A DNA stretch of 64,000 nucleotides from Polyangiaceae bacterium (GTDB lineage Bacteria; Myxococcota_A; Polyangia; Polyangiales; Polyangiaceae). Below, one piece after another: positions 29,124 to 38,325 of this stretch. Under the pieces are notes generated by a model. The model worked only from the letters and a program-made list of their open reading frames with translations, was not told the origin of the DNA and searched no databases. The stretch covers positions 86,541 to 150,540 of the forward strand of contig JBNKBE010000016.1 in NCBI GenBank assembly GCA_050287085.1. The letters are read 5' to 3'. Every line of letters starts with the position of its first letter. Position 1 is the stretch's first letter. Made by a program: the position numbers and the translations under genes.

Positions 29124-30872
29124 ATGAGTGACAGCTACAAGGTATATCCGAGTATTGGCATTGCCCGGGTGGGCAACAGTCAGGACGCGTTCTATGTAGG
29201 ACCGGAATCAGCTGCAGCGCTGCCGACATTGCCCGACGGCAAGCCATTTGGACCTGAAGACTTTCGGGACGGCAGCGGGGATCTGAAGCGGCAGGCGGCG
29301 CGCTTTCGCGTCTACCGGACGAGAGCAGATGGCAGCGCCGAGGAGATTACACTCCAGACTCCTGGCGTGCTGGAAATCCGCTGGACGGTCCATCTGGCCA
29401 ACAAGAAGGCCGGTTGGTACGAATTTCAGACCAATAAGGGTGAACAGGGATACGCTTCGAATCATCCGCTTCGCAACGCAAGTGTTGCTAGCGATCAGCG
29501 GCACACGTTGTTCATCGACCCGGGGCCGCGGACGGTCGTAGCTAAGCCAGGTGGAGATGAGCGGGCCGAGTTTTCCAGGGGCACGATACCCAAGGACTAC
29601 CCTGGCAGCTTCCCGCCGCCAGATACCAAGCCGTTTAGCATCGATACGCTCGGTCAGCTCCGCTCGGAAAGTTCCGGCGCCTTGCTGGTGCTCGGAGGAC
29701 TAGGGCGCTCGGGATCTAGTCGCGCACCCGAGATCTCGAACTACGCAAACAACGACGACTGGTGGGATGACACGTCTGACGGTCCGGTGCAGGCGACGAT
29801 CGTGTTCAGTGACGGCCGTGAGGTAAGCGTGGAGCCGGCGTGGGTCCTAGTAACGCCGCCGGCGTATGCGCCTCAGATTCTGAACCTCGTCACCCTCTAC
29901 GACACGATCTTCGACGTTGCCGTTCGCAGTCTGGGTGCGCGCCCCGATTGGTACGAGAATGGACTGTGGAAGCGCGGTGCGGACGGATACAAGCCGAACT
30001 ACAGAACGGAAATACGTCCCATCCTGGAGCGGGGTGAACATTACCCGTGGGTGGCTGCCATTCCGCCCAAGGCGCATCGCTTCGACTATGAGCGCCTCGG
30101 CACTGCGGACCCCGCACTCGATGGATTTCGAAAGTACTACCTGGACGTCCTGCGCGGCCCGAACGAAGAGAACAATCTGATCTCGACCAAGGGTGCCACC
30201 ATGATGCCCTACCTGGCGGGCGATGATTGCATAGGTGCGACGGATAAGACGCAGTCGAAGTATCTGAAGCTAACGGATACCCAGTACTTTCTGCTTCAGC
30301 AGTGGGCAGACGGACACTTCGTGAACGAGCCGGCCGAGCCGAGGCATCCTGGGGAGATGTTGTCGCAGGGGGTCCTGGAGAACTGCGTGGGCGGCGCGTT
30401 TTCGCCAGGCATCGAAATGACGTGGGTGAGTCGCTACCCCGAGCTCTATTGCGAGCCCTTGCGCTTGCACATGGCGAAGGTCGTTCCAGCTCCGCTGAGC
30501 AACGGTCTCGACCTGAAGCGCGGTTTGGAGCCTGGGGACGTGACCAAGTTCATGGCGGTTCCCTGGCAGGCCGACTTCAACGAGTGCTCTGCTCAGCCGA
30601 TCGGAGAGCGCATTCTATGGTGGTGGCCCGCCCAGCGCCCAGCCATGGTGTACATCGAAGCGGCCCAGCCCAAGGATGGTCCGTCGCCGACGACTGGACA
30701 GCAGGTGCCATGGATTGGCACCGCCGACGACCAAAACGCTGACAACTACATCGCCTTTGCAAATGACCTGGAGATGGTAGAAAGCTGGGACCGCTTGGGG
30801 TTCGTTTACAACGTTGGTAGCGAAGCTGAGCCGCGCTTCATCGAGGTTGCCCGCACACTCAAGCGAGAATGA
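29124..30872 (+). CDS. lodA: LodA/GoxA-family CTQ-dependent amino-acid oxidase
   Basis: YPSIGIARVGNS, KRQAARFRVY, VHLANKKA, NNDDWWDDTSDGPV, CVGGAFSPGIE, PWQADFNEC (Asp and CTQ Cys), WWPAQRP (CTQ Trp). Confidence 0.93.
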   Translation: MSDSYKVYPSIGIARVGNSQDAFYVGPESAAALPTLPDGKPFGPEDFRDGSGDLKRQAARFRVYRTRADGSAEEITLQTPGVLEIRWTVHLANKKAGWYEFQTNKGEQGYASNHPLRNASVASDQRHTLFIDPGPRTVVAKPGGDERAEFSRGTIPKDYPGSFPPPDTKPFSIDTLGQLRSESSGALLVLGGLGRSGSSRAPEISNYANNDDWWDDTSDGPVQATIVFSDGREVSVEPAWVLVTPPAYAPQILNLVTLYDTIFDVAVRSLGARPDWYENGLWKRGADGYKPNYRTEIRPILERGEHYPWVAAIPPKAHRFDYERLGTADPALDGFRKYYLDVLRGPNEENNLISTKGATMMPYLAGDDCIGATDKTQSKYLKLTDTQYFLLQQWADGHFVNEPAEPRHPGEMLSQGVLENCVGGAFSPGIEMTWVSRYPELYCEPLRLHMAKVVPAPLSNGLDLKRGLEPGDVTKFMAVPWQADFNECSAQPIGERILWWWPAQRPAMVYIEAAQPKDGPSPTTGQQVPWIGTADDQNADNYIAFANDLEMVESWDRLGFVYNVGSEAEPRFIEVARTLKRE

Positions 30873-31981
30873 CGGAGCTGACCACTCAGGTCTTGGTCGT
30901 CGGCGCGGGACCTGCGGGTTGCGCTACTGCCCTATCCTTGCTGCGCGCGGGGATTTCCGAGGTCCTATTGGTATCGGCCGACGGATTCGAGCAGGGGGGC
31001 GCCGGCGACGGCGTTCCGCCACATTTCGGTGCGCTGCTCGAAGCTTTGGGTCTGGATGAGCCGCCGGAGGCTATCGACTGTCATGGCAGTTACGTGTGGT
31101 GGGGCAGCGAAGGGCTTCGCGTGGAAGACCATTGGTCTTCCATGCGCGGGCTGTCTCGGCATGTCGCTCGAGCGCAGTTTGATCCCTGGCTTCGCCGTCA
31201 AGTGGCGAAGCGCGGTGCGCAACTCCGCTGCGACAACAAGGTTGTAGCGGTAGAGAGTCGGAGGCGTGGTGGGTGGCTTGTCCAGATGCGAGACAAGACG
31301 GGCGAGTCCTTGCGGGTGGCCGCAAGCTTCGTCGTCGACGCTACCGGGCGACGAGCGTGGCTGGCGCGGCGACTTGGTGCGCGGCTGCACGGCCATGATC
31401 GTCTACTTGCGTCCTACTTGGAGTGTGGGTTGAGGCCGGGGCCACTGGCGCGCTACTCGCACCTCCAAGCAGCCCCCTTCGGCTACCTATATGCCGGAGC
31501 CCTACCGAAGGCACGAGTTCTGCTCAGCATCTTCTTCGATGCCGACGGTTTGCCGTCGGAGCTCAGCCCTTCTCGCGTTGCTGCTGCCAGTGAACTGATG
31601 AAGATCGCTGTGCGATACTGCCCGCACCTCGAGGCGCAGCTTCAGCCATTGCCCGTCTCGACGGTGCGGGTGCAATCTGCCCGTTCTCAACATCTCGACC
31701 GGTGCGGCGGCGAAAATTGGCTGGCCGTGGGAGATGCCGCCATGGCCTTCGATCCCCTGTCCGCCTCTGGTATCTACAATGCCATGGCAGATGGCTTGAC
31801 GGCGGGACTGGCCATCGCGCGTGCTGGGGTTCGGGGCATCGTTGTGAACGATGCCCAAGGGGAGCGGCTGGTATCGTGCTGGAAGCGCTATCAGATGGAG
31901 TTGCGACAACACTACCGAGCAGAGCGGCGCTGGCGCGCTCATCCCTTCTGGGCCCGACGGCATGAGACGGCGGCATGCTAG
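30869..31981 (+). CDS. lodB: LodB/GoxB-type FAD-dependent oxidoreductase (CTQ maturation)
   Basis: GAGPAG, FVVDATGR, WLAVGDAAMAFDPLSASGI, YRAERRW..PFWARR; ATGA overlap with lodA. Confidence 0.85.
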   Translation: MTELTTQVLVVGAGPAGCATALSLLRAGISEVLLVSADGFEQGGAGDGVPPHFGALLEALGLDEPPEAIDCHGSYVWWGSEGLRVEDHWSSMRGLSRHVARAQFDPWLRRQVAKRGAQLRCDNKVVAVESRRRGGWLVQMRDKTGESLRVAASFVVDATGRRAWLARRLGARLHGHDRLLASYLECGLRPGPLARYSHLQAAPFGYLYAGALPKARVLLSIFFDADGLPSELSPSRVAAASELMKIAVRYCPHLEAQLQPLPVSTVRVQSARSQHLDRCGGENWLAVGDAAMAFDPLSASGIYNAMADGLTAGLAIARAGVRGIVVNDAQGERLVSCWKRYQMELRQHYRAERRWRAHPFWARRHETAAC

Positions 31982-33453
31982 ACGTCAGTGCGGCGAAGTT
32001 GCCTGAACTGCGAGACGTTCGCGCCGTCATCGGTGGAGAGTTGGCGACGGCCGCGGAAGGGGGCCGCTACCTAGTTACGAGTCCAGTAACAGGGAAAGGT
32101 TGGACGGAGGTGCCTGACTGCACCGCAGTCGACGTGGACCGTGCGGTGCGAGCCGCGTCGCGCTGGGTGAGGCAGAATTCGGTTCCCTTGGCACCGAAGG
32201 ACCGCGCGGGGCTATTGTTCAAACTCGCGGCTTTGATGGAGCGCGACGGCGAACTGCTCGCGTGTCTGGAGACTTTCGACAGTGGTAAGACTATCAGTGC
32301 GACCCGCGGAATTGACGTTCCCGCAGCAATCGCATGCGTTCGCTTCTACGCGGAGCTAGTGGACAAGGTGTTCGATCGGATTGCCCCGGCCGCCAGTGGC
32401 ACGCTGCCGTGTATCCGCCGCTATCCGGTCGGCGTGGTGGCGGCCATCCTGCCGTGGAACTACCCACTCTTGATGGCAGTCTGGAAGCTTGCGCCAGCCC
32501 TTGCCGCGGGTAACGCGGTCATTCTCAAACCCTCCCCCAATACGCCGCTTACCACGCTCTGGCTCGCGCAATTGGCGCTGGAAGCAGGAGCTGGCCCAGG
32601 TCAGGTACAGGCCGTCTCGGGGCGTTCGGCGGCGCTGGGTGAAGCGCTTGGAGCTCACTCGGGTGTGCACATGATCGCCCTGACTGGCTCCACGGCTACG
32701 GCGAAGCACTTCTACGCCTATGCGGCCCGCAGCTCTCTCAAAAAGCTGAGTTTGGAGTGCGGGGGCAAGAGCCCTCACGTCGTGCTCGCCAGCTGTGACC
32801 AGCTACCAGAAGCGGCCCGCGCTGTGGCGCGAGGCGTGTTTGCCAATCAGGGCGCGGTATGCAATGCCGGCTCCCGGTTGATCGTTGAGCGCTCGATAGC
32901 CGATTCCTTCTTGCATTTGGTGCTAGAGGAAGCCCAGCGCTTTCAACCAAGGGATCCGCGTACTCCGGGTGAGGGCAACGGTGCACTGATCGACGAGACC
33001 CATGCGATCACGATTGAACGCCAGCTGAGGCTGGCGCGAGCCCAGGGTGCGCAGGTTTTGGCAGGAGGCGAACGAACTCTCCAGACGCTGGGGGGAGCCT
33101 ACCTCACCCCGGCGATCGTCACGAACGTCGACCACGAGGCGACGATCGCTCGCGAAGAGGTATTCGGACCAGTGCTAAGTGTCATCTGTGCTGACGACCC
33201 CGAGCACGCCTTGCAGTTGGCCAATGACACAGACTTTGGTCTGGCCGCTGCGGTGTGGACAGCGGAGCTGCGCACGGCCCATACCTTTGCCGAGCGACTG
33301 AAGGCCGGAATCGTTTGGGTCAACTGCTTCGACAGAGGGGCGATGGCGATGCCCTTTGGCGGCTGGTTCGAGTCTGGGTTCGATGCCGACAAGGGCATCG
33401 AGGCTTTCGACAAGTACTGTCGTACCAAGGCCGTGTGGGTGAACTATGCCTGA
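31975..33453 (+). CDS. Aldehyde dehydrogenase (PuuC/aminoaldehyde-DH-like)
   Basis: PWNYP, TGST, LECGGKSP, NQGAVCNAGSR (catalytic Cys), EEVFGPV. Confidence 0.93.
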   Translation: MLDVSAAKLPELRDVRAVIGGELATAAEGGRYLVTSPVTGKGWTEVPDCTAVDVDRAVRAASRWVRQNSVPLAPKDRAGLLFKLAALMERDGELLACLETFDSGKTISATRGIDVPAAIACVRFYAELVDKVFDRIAPAASGTLPCIRRYPVGVVAAILPWNYPLLMAVWKLAPALAAGNAVILKPSPNTPLTTLWLAQLALEAGAGPGQVQAVSGRSAALGEALGAHSGVHMIALTGSTATAKHFYAYAARSSLKKLSLECGGKSPHVVLASCDQLPEAARAVARGVFANQGAVCNAGSRLIVERSIADSFLHLVLEEAQRFQPRDPRTPGEGNGALIDETHAITIERQLRLARAQGAQVLAGGERTLQTLGGAYLTPAIVTNVDHEATIAREEVFGPVLSVICADDPEHALQLANDTDFGLAAAVWTAELRTAHTFAERLKAGIVWVNCFDRGAMAMPFGGWFESGFDADKGIEAFDKYCRTKAVWVNYA

Positions 33454-34726
33454 ACGGCTGGGGCCCTTTCGCGTCACAGAACTTCTGGAGGCAGCGAAAC
33501 ACTTTGGAACGCCCCTCTTCGCCTATGACGTTGGGACTGTGGAGGCCAACTACCGGAGCTTGCGCGCAGCCATTCCGGAGCGGGTGGCGATTCACTATGC
33601 ACTCAAGGCTAACGGTAGCGCCGCGCTGCTCCAGATTCTCAGGCGCTGCGGAGCCAACGTAGATGTCGCCTCGCCTGGTGAGCTGCACCTGGCTAGGCTG
33701 CTTGGCTTTGCTTCCGATGAGGTTGTGTACACAGCGGCGGGGCGAAGCGACTCGGAGATAGAGTTTGCGCTCGACCCTGCGGTTGGCTTGCTGGTCATTG
33801 AAGCGTTGGACGAGGCAGAGGCACTTTCCCGATTGGCTCAGGAGCGTGGACTTGTTCAGGATATCTTGCTGCGAGTGCGTTTGCCGGTGGTCGAGGATGC
33901 GGACGGAATGCTCATCGTTCAGAAGCGGTCCAAGTTCGGTGTTCGTCCCGAGGAGTTGCTGCACGTAGTCACCAGACTTCAGCTTTTGCCTGGGATCCGG
34001 TTGCGCGGGCTGCACGCCAATCAGCACACCGCCTGTTTGGACGAGCGGGTTCACGAACGCGTGTATCATTCTCTCATGGACGAAGCGCTTGGGCTCCTGG
34101 CGCGTTCAGTGGCCATCGACACTGTCGACTTCGGGGGTGGGTTGGGGGTTTCCTACGGCCAGGAGCCAGGCCTGGATCTTCAGATGATTGGCCGCGCTCT
34201 CACACGGCAAGTCGAGCGCGCGCCTCGAGGTTGGCGCTTTCTAATCGAACCGGGTCGTTTCCTCGTCGCGAACGCCGGTGCATACGTCTTTCGAGTGCTG
34301 TCCGCGAAGCGGGAGGCCTCTCGGCAGGTACTCGTCACAGAGGGCGGAATTCACCAGCTATTTCGCCTAGGCCTTCGCGATAAGAATAAGCTGCTGCAAG
34401 TGCTTAGTCCGGCGGGTCACGAGTTAATAGCCTCCAGTGTTTGGGGGCCTCTGCTGTCGTCGGATGACGAGCTCGTGTCCGACATGCCGCTGCCCGAACT
34501 GGAGCGCGGGGCGTTATTGGCGATTCCGAACTGCGGCGCATATGCGTTCAGCCATAGCCTGAGCAGGTTCTGCTACTACCCAACGCCGGTAGAGCTTCTG
34601 CGTTGCCATGAGAGCTGGCACTGCGTACGTGAAAGAGGCTGCTCTGACGATGTCGTGCAAGGGCAGCACTGGCATCAACAGGATCGCCCACTCGCCTTTG
34701 GCACGTCAGGAAGGAGCAAATCGTGA
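33446..34726 (+). CDS. Group IV (alanine-racemase fold) PLP-dependent decarboxylase, LysA-like but atypical
   Basis: FGTPLFAYD, HYALKAN (PLP Lys), DVASPGEL, SKFG, DFGGG, EPGRFLV, GAY. Confidence 0.85.
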   Translation: MPERLGPFRVTELLEAAKHFGTPLFAYDVGTVEANYRSLRAAIPERVAIHYALKANGSAALLQILRRCGANVDVASPGELHLARLLGFASDEVVYTAAGRSDSEIEFALDPAVGLLVIEALDEAEALSRLAQERGLVQDILLRVRLPVVEDADGMLIVQKRSKFGVRPEELLHVVTRLQLLPGIRLRGLHANQHTACLDERVHERVYHSLMDEALGLLARSVAIDTVDFGGGLGVSYGQEPGLDLQMIGRALTRQVERAPRGWRFLIEPGRFLVANAGAYVFRVLSAKREASRQVLVTEGGIHQLFRLGLRDKNKLLQVLSPAGHELIASSVWGPLLSSDDELVSDMPLPELERGALLAIPNCGAYAFSHSLSRFCYYPTPVELLRCHESWHCVRERGCSDDVVQGQHWHQQDRPLAFGTSGRSKS

Positions 34727-35661
34727 AAGTGGTGTTTTTCGGATTTCAGACGTGGGGGTACGAAAGTCTGCGCCCACTACTCACCCATCCGCATCATCAA
34801 GTGAGTCTGGTGGTTACCCACCCGGAAAGCTCACATCCATACGAATGCATTTGGAACGACTCGGTGGCGGAGTTGGCTCGCGGCCGCGACATCGAAGTGG
34901 TCACCGCACGCGAGGGGGATGAGCCTGCGGTACTAGCCGCGCTGGCCAGGCATCCCGCGGACGTTCTGCTCGCCTCCGACTGGCGCTCGCACCTTTCGAC
35001 CCGAGTCTTGAGCCACTTCCCCCGCGGCGGGATAAACGTGCACGACGGCTTGTTGCCTCGCTACGGCGGCTTTGCTCCCATCAATTGGGCCATTGCCAAT
35101 GGTGAACCAGAGATCGGGGTGACGGCGCACGAGATCAGCGACGGCTTCGACCTCGGTCCCATCATCGTTCAGAGACGGCTAAGCGTGGGTCCGGACGAGA
35201 CCGCCACGCAGGTAGCACGAAGAGTATTCGGCGTTTGCAGGGAGATCTGTGTGGACGCATTGCAGTGCATCGATAGGACAGACTTCAGACCTCGGCCGCA
35301 GGATGCCGCCGAGGCTACGTTCTTCCACAAACGCGGCGAGCGCGAAGGGCGCATCGACTGGACGTGGCCTGCTCGGCGCGTCTACGACTTGATTCGAGCC
35401 CAATCGGATCCCTATCCAAACGCGCACGCTCGCTATCGTGGTAGGCGCTTGCTCGTCAAGCGAGCTCAGTTTCCGACACGCGCGTATTGCGGAACGCCGG
35501 GCAGAGTGCTGCAGCGTTCGCAAGCTGGCGCGCTGGTGCTGTGTGGCAAGGGGCGCGATACTCACAACCAGGGATTGTGGTTGACTGAGGTTCAAGCTTC
35601 AGAAGGCGGCGTTGCCGTCCCAGCGACACATCTACTGCAGCCTGGCAGCCACCTTGACTAG
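34723..35661 (+). CDS. N10-formyl-THF-dependent N-formyltransferase, CchA/FxbA-type
   Basis: MKVVFFGFQTWG, VVTHP..YECIWNDSVAELA, NVHDGLLPRYGGFAP, TFFHKR, LIRAQSDPYPNA, GTPGR. From recall, these match hydroxyornithine formyltransferases better than Fmt. Confidence 0.85.
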   Translation: MKVVFFGFQTWGYESLRPLLTHPHHQVSLVVTHPESSHPYECIWNDSVAELARGRDIEVVTAREGDEPAVLAALARHPADVLLASDWRSHLSTRVLSHFPRGGINVHDGLLPRYGGFAPINWAIANGEPEIGVTAHEISDGFDLGPIIVQRRLSVGPDETATQVARRVFGVCREICVDALQCIDRTDFRPRPQDAAEATFFHKRGEREGRIDWTWPARRVYDLIRAQSDPYPNAHARYRGRRLLVKRAQFPTRAYCGTPGRVLQRSQAGALVLCGKGRDTHNQGLWLTEVQASEGGVAVPATHLLQPGSHLD

Positions 35662-35703
35662 TCGGGGACAGCAAATATCCGTCGCAAGGGAAGAGGAGCA
35701 TCT

Positions 35704-36897
35704 ATGAAAATCGTTCTAGCCTACTCGGGAGGGCTCGACACCTCGGTCGCGCTCCGCTGGCTGCAGCAAAAGTACGAAGCGGACGTCATTGCCTATTGCG
35801 TCAATCTTGGTCAGCTTGATGATCTGAGGGTGGTTGAGCGGCGAGCTCGCGCCATTGGAGCCGCAGAGGTTGTCATCGACGACAAGCGGGGAACCTACCT
35901 CAGAGAGTTTGCTTTCCCGGCGCTCCGCGCGTCTGCTCGCTACGAGGGGCGGTACCTGATGGCGGCACCTCTAGGTCGACCATTGATCGCGCGGGGGCTG
36001 GTCGAGACCGCTCATCGCTTCGGGTGTGAAGCTGTGGCCCACGGATCTACAGGCAAGGGCAATGACCAGGTGCGCTTCTACACCGGGGTTGTGGCGCACG
36101 ACCCCACGCTGAGGGTATTGGCCCCGTGCATGGAGTGGGAGCTTGGCTCCCGACAGGAGGAACTGCAGTTCGCGGAGGCACATGGCATCGAAGTGGACGC
36201 AAGCCCGCGCGCGCCGTATAGCAAGGACGGCAGCCTATGGGGTTCCAGTACCGAGTGCGGTATGCTGGACGATCCGAATCAAGCCCCTACGCCAGACGTC
36301 TTTCAGATGACGGCGGATCCGCACACGGCACCCTCGGAGGGTCAACATATCAGCGTTGGCTTTCGCCGAGGTCTACCGATATCGGTGAACGGCCGTGAGT
36401 TGGAGCCGATAGAACTCGTATTGACCCTGAATGAGCTCGCAGGGCGACACGGCATCGGCCGGGTGGACATCGTGGAAGACAGCCTTCTAGGTTACAAGTC
36501 GAGGGCGATATACGAAAGCCCTGGCGCTACCCTGCTGCACTTCGCCCATCGTGAGCTGGAAAGCTTATGTGTCGAACGAGACGCATTGCGCTTCAAGCAG
36601 CGTGTCGCAGATCGCTACGCGGAGCTAGTCTATGAGGGTAAGTGGTTCTCGCCCCTACGAGAAGCTCTGGACGGATTCGTCGACGTCACGCAACGCTCGG
36701 TTAACGGTGAGGTTGAGATGCTAGTGCGCGGTGGTCACATCAAAGTAGTAGGGAGACGCAGCACGACCTCATTGCTACGTCCAGAGCTGGTCACGCACGA
36801 CGGCACCGATGAGTTCGAGCACGGACTGGCCGAGGGCTTTTCCTACGTGTGGTCGATGCCCGAACGAATTCGCGCAAAGAATCGGCGCGGCGTCTAG
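35704..36897 (+). CDS. argG: Argininosuccinate synthase family ATP-dependent ligase (divergent, possible paralogue)
   Basis: IVLAYSGGLDTS, HGSTGKGNDQVRF, GRHGIGRVD, KSRAIYESPG, YEGKWFSP; SD GAGGAG. Confidence 0.85.
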   Translation: MKIVLAYSGGLDTSVALRWLQQKYEADVIAYCVNLGQLDDLRVVERRARAIGAAEVVIDDKRGTYLREFAFPALRASARYEGRYLMAAPLGRPLIARGLVETAHRFGCEAVAHGSTGKGNDQVRFYTGVVAHDPTLRVLAPCMEWELGSRQEELQFAEAHGIEVDASPRAPYSKDGSLWGSSTECGMLDDPNQAPTPDVFQMTADPHTAPSEGQHISVGFRRGLPISVNGRELEPIELVLTLNELAGRHGIGRVDIVEDSLLGYKSRAIYESPGATLLHFAHRELESLCVERDALRFKQRVADRYAELVYEGKWFSPLREALDGFVDVTQRSVNGEVEMLVRGGHIKVVGRRSTTSLLRPELVTHDGTDEFEHGLAEGFSYVWSMPERIRAKNRRGV

Positions 36898-37311
36898 CCA
36901 CCGCGTGCCAGCGGGACCCGGGGGACTCGCCCGAACCCGGCTGTCGCGGCGGAGCAGCCCTAGCGCATTTGTGTCATACGAAGTCGCTTCGATCCGGGGG
37001 CGAAGCGTGGTCCGGATGTGCATCGTGACGTGTGAAGGTCCACCTGAGGCCAGCCTGCGCTGAGTGTTTCACCGGTGCCGGGACGTGTCTCGTGTCTTTC
37101 GGCATCCGCAGTCGGATTCCCCTATATGGGCGTCCTCGGTTCCTGATAGATAGAGGCCGGCGGTGAAGTAGGTCACCAGGCTTGTAGGTACTTGCAGGTC
37201 CGCCCGGCAGATTCGCCAACCCCAGCGTGTGACTGCGCCTCGGCGATGGTCACAGTGGCGGAACGGCAAAGCTGCGCGCTTTTCCGAAAACAGGATTAGT
37301 CGTGGTGCAAA

Positions 37312-38325
37312 ATGAACCGTAAGCGCATGCAGGGCGAGTTCACCCATGGCGGACGCCGACGGCTGCCGCCCCGCCTCAGCCAGAATGAGGCTGCTCTTCC
37401 CGCGGCGCACCCACCTGACGCTTCCCGGTTCTCTCATTCGGCCTGGGCGCGGGCTAGAAGGCTAGGAGAACAGTACCACGCTCAATGGGTCTTGCTCACG
37501 CTCGTATCCGGAGCGACTGCATGTGTGGTCGCAACGAGCGTCTTCTATCATGAGCGGATCTTCTGGTTGGCACTCGTCTTCTGCTGTTCCTTTATTGCCG
37601 GAGTGTATCTACTCAATTGGCTACTGGAGACAACCCACGACTTCATCAACAGTCCGTCTCGTCTACAAGTCGTCAAGCACAAGGCGATGTACTGGGGCTT
37701 GGCCTGCTCTTGCTACGTTCTGAGTCTGGTAGTCGTTGTCTCTAGAGGAAGAGTTAACCTGGCTCTGATATTTCTCTTTGCGATGAGCGTCATGTATTCG
37801 ACCCCGTCGCTGCCCGTTGTGCGAAAGGGGACGTTGGTCTTTCTGCGACTCAAGGATGTGACCTTTCTGAAGAGCTTACTGGTCGCGTTGTGCTTTCCTT
37901 TGCTTAGTTTTGAAAGCGTACGGCTCTTCACATCCGCCAACATGATGGAAGCTCCGGGAATCCTCTGGTTCTATGCGGGCTTTGCGATAACTACATTTCT
38001 TGCGACGGTTTACGACGACATGCTCGACATTCCGGGTGACACTGAAGCAGGAGTTGTTACTTTGCCCATTCTGTTGGGGGCAGCGAATACGCGGCGCTTT
38101 CTTGTGGGCACCACCGCGATGTGGGTGTCGGTTATCGCCTTCTTCTACGGTCAGGGTATGATTGTTCACCGACATCTTCTGCCTTTGCTGCTGCAGGCGG
38201 CATTTCCCCTGACCTGGCCCGCGATACACCGAGCCTGGCCCAAGTCGCGGCTTGCGCTCGATGTTTCCATCGAAGGGGTCTTCTGGATGACGGCCTTGGC
38301 GTTGGTGCTGTCCGGCGGCGGATGA
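37312..38325 (+). CDS. UbiA-family membrane prenyltransferase
   Basis: Multi-TM; YSTP..RLKD..LKSLLVA and DDMLDIPGDTEAGVVTLPILLG. Start uncertain. Confidence 0.8.
   Translation: MNRKRMQGEFTHGGRRRLPPRLSQNEAALPAAHPPDASRFSHSAWARARRLGEQYHAQWVLLTLVSGATACVVATSVFYHERIFWLALVFCCSFIAGVYLLNWLLETTHDFINSPSRLQVVKHKAMYWGLACSCYVLSLVVVVSRGRVNLALIFLFAMSVMYSTPSLPVVRKGTLVFLRLKDVTFLKSLLVALCFPLLSFESVRLFTSANMMEAPGILWFYAGFAITTFLATVYDDMLDIPGDTEAGVVTLPILLGAANTRRFLVGTTAMWVSVIAFFYGQGMIVHRHLLPLLLQAAFPLTWPAIHRAWPKSRLALDVSIEGVFWMTALALVLSGGG

Noticed and set aside
30869..31981. Flavin-dependent halogenase tailoring enzyme
   Set aside because: No WxWxIP motif; position and C-terminal motifs fit LodB/GoxB.
34723..35661. Housekeeping methionyl-tRNA formyltransferase (fmt)
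   Set aside because: Lacks the FMGTPxFA start and HxSLLPxxRG motif, has no def/rsmB context, and its signatures fit the CchA/FxbA type.
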